Positions 52,821 to 64,000 of a stretch of DNA of 64,000 nt are shown piece after piece. The notes under the pieces were generated by a model. The model was given only the letters and a program-made list of their open reading frames with translations. It made no database searches and was not told the DNA's origin. The DNA comes from Amoebidium appalachense (lineage: Eukaryota > Protista > Ichthyosporea). The stretch's first letter is position 1. Each line of letters starts with the position of its first letter. The stretch spans positions 9,769,059 to 9,833,058 of the forward strand of contig CAVNZM010000002.1 of NCBI GenBank assembly GCA_963693365.1, given 5' to 3'. Both the position numbers and the translations under genes were made by a program.

Positions 52821-52950
52821 GGGGCGGCTGGCCATGGGACCGTATCATCATGCCGGTGGTTGTGGTGGTGGTCTGGGTGCACGTGGGGGCCCCTTGTGGA
52901 TATGTGGTTGGGTGGCCCCACGGTGTGTGTGTGTGTGTGTGTGCCATGTT

Positions 52951-52981
<31 letters not shown>

Positions 52982-53158
52982 GGGGGGGGGGAGGCGGGGA
53001 GGAGCGTGTGTGTGTGTGGGGGGGGGGGGGAGGGAGGAGGGGGGGGGGGGGGGGGGGGGGGAGGGGGGGGAAGGTTGAGGAGGATATGATGCAACTTCTG
53101 TCATCATGACGGCAGCCGCAGCAGTTTCCAAGTGGCCATGGGGAAGCTGGTGTCCCCC

Positions 53159-53192
<34 letters not shown>

Positions 53193-53754
53193 ACCCCCTC
53201 CCTCCTCCCCCGGGGGCCCCCTTCCCCGACCCCCCTCCGTTGGCCCGACCCATGCAAATTAAAAGTCGACACAGTCCGACACTACGTCTACCGCAAGTTT
53301 TGACGAACACAAACTGGGCTGGGTATTAGCCATACATGGACTGCCCTATTTTCCTATCCACCCCTCTCAGGCGAGGCTGGGGTGTAAAGTTTTTTAAACC
53401 CTGGACTAACTAAGTGTGTACTAGTATCTAGGATCATGTGTTAACGTTGTGGTATACTTAGCTTTCTGCACTTTTAGTGCCCTAACTAGGGTACAATCGG
53501 TGCTGTTTGGAAGACGGTAATTCTTGTGAGGGCCCCTGAGGGGTCCATCCGGGAACAATTGACGGGAATAAAAAAAAAACCTTTTTCCAAGTGGCTCGTA
53601 TGACCCACATATCGAATTCGTGGAGGGTACCCACATCCCCGACAACCGCCCAATGCTGGCCATATCCCTGTCTAGGCACTGGGTGAAATGAACATATTCA
53701 TAATTAGTATCAGGAGGAGGGGGGAGGGGGGAGAGGGGGGCGGGGGGGGGGATA

Positions 53755-53789
<35 letters not shown>

Positions 53790-53840
53790 ATGTATGTGTT
53801 GGCTATATTTTTCTTTTTTCTTTTGTGCTTTTTTTTTTTT

Positions 53841-53882
<42 letters not shown>

Positions 53883-54863
53883 ATTTACGTGTGCAGTTAC
53901 TCTTTTCCGTCCCCCCCCCCCCCCCCCCCCCCATTTTTTTCGCGGGGGAATGTGGGGGGGGGGGGGGGGGGGGGGGGGGGGGATTGAGGAATCAGTACTC
54001 AAGTAGGCAGCCTTTCCAGTGGAAAGATTTGTTTCTCGACACTGTAGAATAGATAGAGTGGTTGGGGACGGGTAGTTTTAATTGGTTGGGCGGACTAAAC
54101 ACCAAAACAGGCCAACCTTGGAACCAACAGAGCAACCATGAGAACAAGAGGTTTCTTTAACTTTTGTCTTCTTGCTGCTTTCATGGGTCCCCGCCACCCT
54201 CTCAAGTTTCGACGGCCATTCGTTAGATTGGTCTACGAATGCATACTCAACGATGCATTCTTAAGGCTAGTTCCGCACCTTTTGGCAGCAATATTGACGT
54301 TGAGATCGACCTTCACCAAACCGGGAATATTCTAGGCGAGCTCATGTGACGTCACCACCTAACTGGGAATTATCAGTGTTTAGATTTTCCCACGGTGAAG
54401 TGTGCGTTTACAGACTACCAGAGCCTTAACCCCCCTCCCCCCTCCACCGTCCCTCCCCCGCAAAAAAAAAAAAAAGAAAGAAAGAAAGGAATAAAACCTC
54501 TGCTGCTCAAACACCACATGTCCCTCTCGAATGTAGGCTGTCCCCCCTCTCCCCCCCCCCGCCCCCCCTCCCTCCCTCCCTCCAATCCCTCTCCAATATC
54601 TTCCAGTCTCCCCATCCCCCCCACTTCCCCCCTATCACCCTCCCCCCATCCCCCTCCCCCTAATCCCCCCCTGCTCTCTCTCTCTCCCCCCCCCTCCCCT
54701 CACCCTCCCCCCCCCCCCCTCCCCCCCCCCCCCCCAAAAAAAAAAAGATCGCCTCAAAGAAACAACGAGGAAAGCAAACTACACAAAATTAGATCTAAAA
54801 ATGGTGCGGAAAAAGCTTAGGAAATTCGATGACACAATGCTCGGCTGGCGGGGTACTGGGTGA

Positions 54864-54906
<43 letters not shown>

Positions 54907-55617
54907 TGTGTGCGTGTGTGTGTGTGTGTGCTTGTGTGTGTGTGTGTGTTTGTGTGTCTGTGTGCGTTGGGGGAGGGGGGAGGGGGGAGGGGGGATGGGG
55001 GAAGGGGGGGAGGGGTGGTAAAACGAGAGAGGAGGGGGGGGGGGGGGGGGGGGGGGGGACATAACAACTGGTAAAATAAACACGGGCAAGCAGTGTAGTA
55101 AAACCCGGTTACACTCAATCTGTACTGTCGACTATGAACTGTCAACATGAGCCCGCCCGTTGTGCACTCGACAGGTGTTGAGCAGGATACACACGACATC
55201 AGGGTTTCTTGGTTTCATAAAGTCCTGTGCATCAATTGCCGCACCATATATTGATAGCTCCCGAAGGCTATTACATCTGATTGGATGATTCCCCCAGGCC
55301 GTTGCATCTGGTTGGATAAATTTCGAAGGCAGTTACCTGATTTGATTAATTCCGAAGTCAGGTGGACAGCTGTAACGTTCTTCTACATTCTGTTTAAGAT
55401 GATCCATAGCAGTGCCAAATAGATGGTTCGGAGCATCGCCAAAACTTTACGAACCCTAGTGTGGAAGTGCTATAATGGAAACCAATAGCGGAGGGGCAGA
55501 AGGTAGGATGTGTGTGTGTATATGTGTGTGTGTGTGTATGTGTATGTGTGTGTGTATATTAGTTGGTTGCGTGCATGTTTGGGTGGTTGTGGGGATGTGT
55601 CCGTGTGGCATATGTGG

Positions 55618-55650
<33 letters not shown>

Positions 55651-55719
55651 GTGTGTTAATGTGTACATGTGCATTTGTTTGGATGTGATGTGTGTGTGTG
55701 CGCGCGCGCGCGCGCGCGC

Positions 55720-55798
<79 letters not shown>

Positions 55799-56339
55799 CT
55801 TGTGTGTGTGTTTATGGGTATGTGCACGTATGTGTGTGCTTGCGTGTGTGTGCGTGTCTGTGTGTATGTATGCCTGTGTGTCTGTATGTGTCTGGCTGAG
55901 TGGGCGTGCGAGTTGAGGGTGCTCGGGAGGGAGGAAGGGGGGAGGGGGGTGGGGGGGAGGGAGGAGGGAGGAGGTTTGTTTGAGGGGAGGGAAGGAGGGG
56001 GGGAATGGGTGGAGGGCAAGGGGGAAGAGGGGGGGCAACATATTGGCAGCCCGTGTAGCAGAAATCTGACTGGGTAAGTTATGTGTGGCGACGGTCTGTA
56101 CCAGGGATTTGGGGACGTGGGGTTGGAGCCTTCGGGGTTGGGGGGGGGAGGGGGGGGGAAGGTAGAGGGGTGTGAAGACTAGCGGGAAGCGGAGGAGGGG
56201 CTGAGGACGATGAGCTTTTCTAGATTTCTTAATCTTGTTTCACTGACATTCCATCCTTTTTTATCAGCATTATAGGAACCCCGAGTTCTGATAGTTCTAT
56301 TGGTAGAAAACATTACCTTGTTTAGTTGAGAATAGGTGA

Positions 56340-56810
56340 GATCAGATTCTTTGATATATACTGAAGTGTTGGTGGATAGACTGAGATATAGGTGGACATT
56401 CTGAGATAATAGTGAATTTGTTGAGATGTTGGTGGATAGAGCAAGGTATTGGTGGATATGTTTAGATATTGGTGGATATGTTTAGATATTGGTGGATATG
56501 TTTAGATACTGGTGGGTATGTTCAGATATTGGTGGATAAACCGACATATTGCCAATGGTGGGTAAACTGAGATATTGGTGGTTTGAGCAACATATCTGGG
56601 GAGCATTGAGGGTGGTGGATAAACTGAGATATTGCTGAATATACTGAGACCTTAGTATGGGCTGAATACTGAGGTATTGGTAGATATACTGAGACCATAG
56701 TATGGGTGGATAAACTGAAATATTGGTAGATATGCTGAGACCATAGTATGGGTGGATATACGAGATATTGGCAAATATATTGAGATATTGGTAGATAAAT
56801 TGATATATCC
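56340..56810. repeat. Degenerate minisatellite (gatattggtggata core)
   Basis: Repeated 20-40 bp units seen directly. Confidence 0.8.
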
Positions 56811-56911
56811 CAAACAAGTTCCCGTTGATGCATACTAAAGTAAAAAATCTGCTCCCTGAGATCAGTTATACATCAGGGCTGGGGGCCTTTTTAGCTTGTC
56901 GCTGTGTGTCC

Positions 56912-56942
<31 letters not shown>

Positions 56943-57351
56943 GGGGGAGGGAGAGGAGGGGGGAAGGTGGAAGGGATAAGGTTCGTATCAGAGCGCCTTA
57001 ACTTGGGGCTGTCCGGCACTAGGCAGAAAGCAGAAAGCAAAGTAGAAGGCTTACCAAGTCGCGTAATTTTGCCCTAGGCATGATAGGTTGGGGTTTTTTT
57101 TATATCATCTGGGGTCTTCAATAACGTGAATAATACGGGACGTGAAAAAGTTCCCCACCCCCCTTCCCCCCCTCCCCCACCCCCTCCTCCCCCCTCCCCC
57201 CACCCATCCCCCCCCCCCCTCCCCCACCTCGAACGGGTAAGGTAAGGAAAACGAGAAAGAGGAACCAAGAGGAATCCCCAATGGTCTCTACGATTAATTC
57301 CTGTGTGTTTTGTCAAATAGGGGTGATGGTGACCGTTAGTGACAAAAAGTG

Positions 57352-57559
<208 letters not shown>

Positions 57560-57801
57560 GGTGGGTGGGTGTGCGTGCGTGCCACGTGTGTGTGTATGGT
57601 GTGCGTGTGTGCACGTGTGTGCGTGTATGCGTGTGTGTGTCTATGTGCCTGTGTGCCCCATGTTTGTGTGTGTGTGTGTGTGTGTGGTTGTGTGTGTCTG
57701 TGTGTGCGTGCGGGTGTGTGTTGTTGTGTGTGTGTGTGTGTTGTTGTGTGTGTGTGTGTGTGTGTGTGTAAGTGTGTGTGTGTGTATGTGCGTGCATGTT
57801 A

Positions 57802-57911
<110 letters not shown>

Positions 57912-58328
57912 GGCCCACATATGTATGCGTGTTTGTGTGCCTAAGTGGGTGCAAGTGTGTACATACATGTGTACGCATGTGCTTTTTTGGTGTGCATGCC
58001 CAGGGGCAGGGAGGGGAGTGGTTACACTCTTCAATTAGGAACCGTGTGTGAGTACGTGTGTGTGCGTGTGCGCGGGTACCCGTGCGCGTGCGCAGACTCG
58101 TGCACATTTGGAATGGAGAAGGGGTTGAAACTAGTTGAGAAGCTGTGTATGAGGGAGGGGGAGAGGGAAGGGGGGGGGGGGGGGGGGGGGGGGTGGGGGG
58201 GAAGGGGGCTATCGAATCATCTGCACGTGGGATTGTCTTAGGTCATGTTTTCAAAGTTGGTCCAGCTGTTGGAGTTTTTTTTTCTGTCAAGAAGGGGAAG
58301 TGAAATTGTTCTTTCTCTTACCTTTTGA

Positions 58329-58368
<40 letters not shown>

Positions 58369-59562
58369 CTTTTGGGGGGGGGAGGGGGAGCGGGGGCATA
58401 CCAGGGCCACTCGATTAGAGAGATGGGGTAGGTGGGGTGGGGATGGCTTTTAAGCCTGCCTGGCCGAAGAGGGATGGTATTTGTGATGGTGGTGAGGGGG
58501 TTGGGGAGAGGAGGGAAAGTGAGGGAGGGGGGAGGAGTGGAGGGGAGGGGGAGGGAAGGGGGGGGGGAGAGAGGGGAGGCGGAGGGGAAGGAGGGGACAG
58601 AAAATTGGGAAAGGTGGGAGTCGGAGCGGGGGGAGGGGGGAGGGGGGAGGGGGGAGGCTGCAGGTGAGAAGCACTCTCATCTACGTTTACCCAGCCCCCC
58701 CCCCCCCCTCCCCCTCCCCTCCCCCTCCCCTCCCCCCCCTCCCCCCCTCTCCCCCTGGTGCCTATTCCTCCTATTCGTATGTTCTACAGCGACACACACA
58801 GGGAAAAACCCCCGGGCAAGTACAAAGGTGTGGTTTTTTTTTTTAAAATTAAAAAAAAAAAAAAAAAAAAAAAGTTCATTGCCGTTCGGTTTGCAGCTGT
58901 AGAACGTACGAATATGAGAATAAGCACCGGAGCATCTGAGCTGTAAGGTGGGGGGGGTGAGAAGGGTGTTGAGGATGGGATGCAGACCACAGAGAGAGGG
59001 GGGGGGGGGGGGAGTAGGCAGGGGGAGGAGGTAGAGGGGAAGGAGGGAAAGGATCGTGGTGGTGTGGCACGGGTGTGCCTAATGCGGGATGGGGTGGGGG
59101 GTGGGGGGAGAGGGGGAGAGGGGGGAGGGAGATATAGTGGGTGTGGTTTGCATGGCAAGGCAGAGCAAGACGGTAAGGTGGGGACTGGTGATGTAATAGT
59201 CGAGTACGTGGTATCAAGAGAAGGGGTTGATGTGATGGTGGGGAGGGAGGGGGGGGGGGGGGGGGGGGGGGGGAGGGAGGGAGGGACGGAGGGGGGAGGG
59301 GGGGGGAGGTTGATCAAGTGGATGGGTGGATGGGTCGGTGGGATGGTGTTGGTGGATTGATGATAAGAGAACAAGGGGGGGGAAGGGGGGGGGGGGGAGA
59401 GAGAGAGTGGGGGGGGGGGGGGAGGGAGGGAGGGGGGGGGGGGGGGGGGAGAGAGAGAGAGAGAGAGAGAGAAAGGGGGGCGGACGGGGAGGGCATCCGG
59501 ATAGCAGATTGGAATGAGGAATGGGTAGAAGGTGGCTGTAGTGGTTGAGAGTGTTGGGGACA

Positions 59563-59596
<34 letters not shown>

Positions 59597-60311
59597 GGGG
59601 GGGGGGGGAGGGGGGGGGGAAGAGAATGGACAGGAGGATGGGCTGGCTTTGACGAAGTGGGTATGAGGAGGGGATTTGGAGGGGGGGGGGGGGGGGGGAG
59701 GAGGGGGGGGGGGGGCTAAGGGGTGTGGCGAAGGTGGTGGTGGTGGGGGAAATGGGAGGGGGGAGGGAGGAGGGGGGGGGGGGGGGGGGGGGTTGGTGAT
59801 GGATTGGCTGGAGGGGTGGGTCGGTGGTGTGGTGTTAGGAAGCGATGGGAGGGGAAGGGGTAGGTGTGGGGTGGTGGTGGGGGATGGAGGGGAAGGGGGG
59901 ATGGAGGGGAAGGGGGGATTTCGGAAGTTAGACTAGGATGGAGTAAGAAAAAAAATGGATAACTAGACAGAAACATGTGGGTGGTGGCGGGGGGGGGGGG
60001 GGGGGGGGAGGGGGGGGAGGGGAGGGGGTGAAGAGGGGAGGGGTGGGGGGGAAGGGAAACAAGGGTGGGTGGGCGGGTGGGTGGGTTGGTTTCATGGGGA
60101 TATGGAGGGCCGGGGGCGGGGGGGGGGGGGGGGGGGGGGGGGAGGGGGTGAGGAGAGGAAGGGCATGTCAGAAAGGGATGGAGGTGAGTTGGTTGGCTTG
60201 AGAGGGAGGGAAGAGAGGAGAACATTTCGGAGGGTAGAGGATGTGGGGGTCAGACTGCCAAACAAATACGTGGGGAAGGGTTGGGGGCTTTCCTGTGGTG
60301 GTGGTGGTGGT

Positions 60312-60344
<33 letters not shown>

Positions 60345-60801
60345 GGGGGGCAAGCATTTTTATGGCCCGGAGAAGGTTAGGGGGGAAGGGGGAAGTTAAA
60401 ACCGTTTAACACTGTTGAGGGGAAGTTGGGGTGGGGGTGGGGGTGGGGGTGGGGTGTGTGTGTGTTTGGGGGGCGGGGGGGGGGGGGGGGGGGGGGGGGC
60501 AGATTTCACAGGAAAAAAGGAAAAAGTACTCCGCTTTCACCGCTTTCAGCTTAACATATTTATTTAAGATCACATTTAAAATGTATGTTTGGTTTCGTAT
60601 TGTGAAGATGTTTGCCTATCGTACAAAAAATCGTAGTAAAAAATGTTCGTGCAATTCGAATGCAATGTGCGCATAGACTGCAGCACAAATCTGGGCCCTG
60701 CTCTCGGCCTTTAAAACAATCCAACTATATTTCGTAAAAACAAAAACGTCCCATTTAAAATTTGCCCTTAAAATTACACTAATCTCTTTTCGTCGTCAAA
60801 T

Positions 60802-63741
60802 CTACTGCTCCTTCTCCTCATCTGCCTGGTGGTCGTCCAGATAGTCGGGTGTGTGGCGGCCAATGGCGTTGAGGATCGGGCGGACCATGGGCATGAGCAC
60901 GGGATCTACCAGAACCTTCTCGATCTCCACAATCGCATACACGCCCACCATGCTGCACAGCACACGCGCCCACTGCATGCCGTCCAGCCCGGTCATGGAG
61001 AAGAACGAGTTGACGTGGGGGGTGTACGTGAGGAACAGCTGCAGCCCGGCCGTGATGGCCACGGCCACATAGCACCACTTGTTGCCAGATAAGGTGCGCG
61101 TGTGGAACGTGGACGCCTTAAGGAACCGCGTGGTGATGGAGTAGCCGATCTCGCTGAACACTAGCACATTGAAGGCCTCGGCGCGCCGCGAATCGAGGGA
61201 CCTCTCCTCCACCCCACCCCAATAGAACATGCCCAGAACCAGAGCAACCAAAAGCGTCGACACAAAGAACGTGCGCCAGATCACCAGCTTGCCCATGAGA
61301 CGCTTGCCCGGGCGGCGGGGGGGGTTCGCGCATGACACTTTCCTCAGCGGGCTCGACGGCAAGCATCATGCCGATGGTGACGGAGGTGACGAGGTTGACG
61401 TACAGAATTTGGATGGCCGTGAGTGGTGCATCGTGGAAGCCCCCCAGGGGCCCAAAGACGTAGGCCCACAGGATGGACGTGCCCTGGGCAAAGTTGACGG
61501 GGAGGTTGAAGACCAAGATCTTGCGCAGGTTGGCCCACACCCGGCGGCCCTCCCTCACGGCGGCCACGATGGTGGCAAAGTTGTCGTCGGCCAGGACCAT
61601 TTTTGCGGCCTCCTTGCTGACCTCGGTGCCCGTGATGCCCATGGCCACGCCGATGTTTGCGGCCTTGAGTGCCGGCGCGTCGTTGACGCCGTCGCCCGTC
61701 ATGGCCACGACCTGCTTGTGCGACTGCAAGGCACGCACAATGCGCAGCTTGTTCTCGGGTGACGCGCGGGCGTAGATGTTGCAGCCCAGCACGACGCCGG
61801 CCAGGTCTGTGTCGCTCATGGTGTCGACCTGGGGGCCCGTCAGCACGGTGCCGCTGCCCTCGATGCCCAGCATCTTGCCGATGGCCAGCGCCGTCAGGGA
61901 GTGGTCCCCCGTGATCATCTTGACCACGATGCCGGCCTCGTGCGCCACCCGCACGGCCGTGATGGCCTCGTCTCTGGGCGGGTCCAGGATGGCCACCATG
62001 CACACCATGGACAGGAATGCCGGCCGCCCCAGGATGGCCGCTGGGCTCAGCCCCTCCAGGCTCTCGCCGGCCCCCAGCTCTGCCCGGCACAGCGCCAGCA
62101 CCCGCAGGCCCTTGCTGCTGAGCTCCTCCTGCGCCTGCAGCCAGAACCCCTCGTCAAACGCCCCCACCCTGCTGACGTCATCGTTCTCCACCTGCCCGCT
62201 GCACAGCCGCATCAGCCGGTCCGGTGCCCCCTTCACGTACATGACCGTCTTGGCCCCGTCCTTGTGCACCGTGGCCATGAACTTGTGCTCGGACTCGAAC
62301 GGCACAGACGCCAGCCGGGGTTTCTTCTCGCGCAGGGCCTTGCTCTCCAGCCCGGCCTTCATTGCAGCCGTGATCAGTGCCACCTCCGTCGGCGCGCCGT
62401 TGGGCACCCAGTCCTCCTGGCCCGCATTGTTGACGGCCCGGCCGAGTGCAGAGTCGTTGCACAGCAGCCCCCCTCGAGCAGAGTGCGCAATTTGGCTATG
62501 GCCGCATCGTCCAGCTGGCGGTTGGAGGAGTCCGTGAACGTGCCCTCAGGGGCATAGCCCACCCCCGTGACGCCATACAGGTGGGCGGCCGTGCGGATGT
62601 TGACGGCGGTCATCTCGTTCTTGGTCAGGGTGCCGGTCTTGTCCGAGCAGATGACGTTGAGGCTGCCCAGGGTCTCGACACAAGGCAGCTGGCGGATGAT
62701 TGCGTTCTGCTTGGCCATGACCGTGGTGCCGATGGCCAGCGTGATGGTGACGACGGCAGGCAGGCCCTCGGGGATGATGGCCACGGCAATGGCCACGGCA
62801 GACTTGAATGCGTCGGCCCAGGACTCGCCGGCACGCAGCTTGGCCAGAAGGAAGGCGGCTAGCGCAATGATGGCCACCAGCACACACAGCCAACGGCCCA
62901 GAATCTCGAGCTGGATGAGCAGGTTGGTCTTGACGTTCTCCACCTGGTTGACCATCTTGTTGATCTTGCCAATCTCAGCGTTGTCGCCGGTGGCCACGAC
63001 CACCCCCACCCCCTTGCCGCTCATGACCGTGGTGGCGCTGTAGACCATGCACTTGCGGTCCCCCAGGGCCGCCTCTGCAGCCACGGGGACGAGGTTCTTG
63101 GACACGGGCATGGACTCTCCCGTCAGCATGGCCTCCTGCACCTGCAGATTGACCACCTCCACCAGCCGCAGGTCGGCCGGCACCTTGTCGCCGCTCTTGA
63201 TCAGCACAATGTCGCCCGGCACCAGGTCCTCGGCAGGCACGCTGACCTGCTCCCCGTTGCGCCGCACATCGGCCGAGGGGGAGAGCATGGCCTTGATGGC
63301 CTCGGCAGCCTTCTCGGCCTTGCCCTCCTGCACCAGCCCGATGGCCACGTTGATGACAATCACGCCGATAATGAGCCCGGTCTCGGCATACTCGCCAAGT
63401 GCGGCGGTGACAACGGCCGCCACCACCAGCACGAAGATGAGGATGTTGTTGAGCTGCGCCCATAGCCGCTGCAGGAAAGTGGCCTTCTTTGCCGGTGTGA
63501 GGCGGTTGGGGCCGTAGGATTGAAGGCGATCTTCGGCCTCCGAGGATGATAGACCATTTTCGAAGTTTGTGTGTAGTGTTCTTTCTACCTCAGCTCTGCT
63601 GTCGACGGAGTGCCACGCAACATCGTTTTCGCCAAAGTTGATGGTGCAGAGGGAACTCGTGGAGTCTCCGGACGGCCGCTCAGAAACGAAGCTTGCCTGA
63701 GCGGCGCTGTCGATCTGCTTCTTGCTGTCGGTAATTTGCAT
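60802..63741 (-). CDS. Type II cation-transporting P-type ATPase (PacL/CtpF-like), intronless, about 979 aa, with two homopolymer frameshifts (about 62470 and 61320)
   Basis: Motifs LVPGDIV, LTGES, IPEGLP, ICSDKTGTLT, PTEVAL, FESEHKFM, KGAPD, DPPR, MITGD, ARASPENK and TGDGVNDAPALK. The three ORF pieces tile one complete protein. Confidence 0.95.
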
Positions 63742-64000
63742 GACTTGGGATAGGTAGGAATAAGAGAGAATTGCTTTTAGACGCGTTTTTCTTAGTGCTC
63801 GGTTTGCTATTTTGTTGCGTGTCCGTGCTTGTTTACTTTTTCTGGCGTAATCAGTGGCTCAACGCCTTATTTTATACTTTTTGGTTTGGGATTTCCTGGG
63901 TATCGCCCCAATCCGCTCTCTCAGCATTCTCGAACCCTCCAATAGCCTGAAGGTTGAAATCCCCCTAACTCCTCGGCACTGCATGGCGCCGCCAATATTT

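Noticed and set aside
61229-63517. Long antisense and alternate-frame ORFs over the ATPase (similar ones occur over gypsy gag/pol)
   Set aside because: These are shadow ORFs expected from GC-rich codon bias.
60802-63741. Pseudogene or programmed-frameshift call for the ATPase (and for gypsy gag/pol)
   Set aside because: The shifts are single bases in G/C homopolymers with all motifs intact and no in-frame stops, so sequencing error is more likely. Short reads are needed to confirm.

Overview
Eukaryotic genomic DNA with GT-AG introns, rich in poly-G/C, (GT)n and (GA)n tracts. Many single-base frameshifts sit in homopolymer runs and look like long-read sequencing errors. 1-11.8 kb is a nested retroelement cluster: the 5' part of a Ty3/gypsy element, a copia-like LTR carrying a gypsy solo LTR and a 29-nt copy of the initiator-tRNA-Met half primer, and a decayed DIRS-order element. 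At 12.0-12.7 kb and 16.8-17.6 kb lie two paralogous intronless genes for secreted multi-core precursors of 4-Cys helical-hairpin-like peptides; this is the top candidate for an undescribed system. I spliced by hand a 7-exon TMEM104-like amino acid transporter (30609-20301, minus) and a 17-exon membrane-anchored Agd3/CE18-like polysaccharide deacetylase (51769-38383, minus). There is also an intronless GC-rich type II P-type ATPase (63741-60802, minus), an intronless orphan ORF (35.4-36.5 kb), a repeat family that always sits in poly-G tracts, and a minisatellite built from a branch point plus 3' splice site. The host cannot be determined from sequence alone; a unicellular opisthokont such as an ichthyosporean is only a guess. 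All homology calls come from motif recognition, not database searches.
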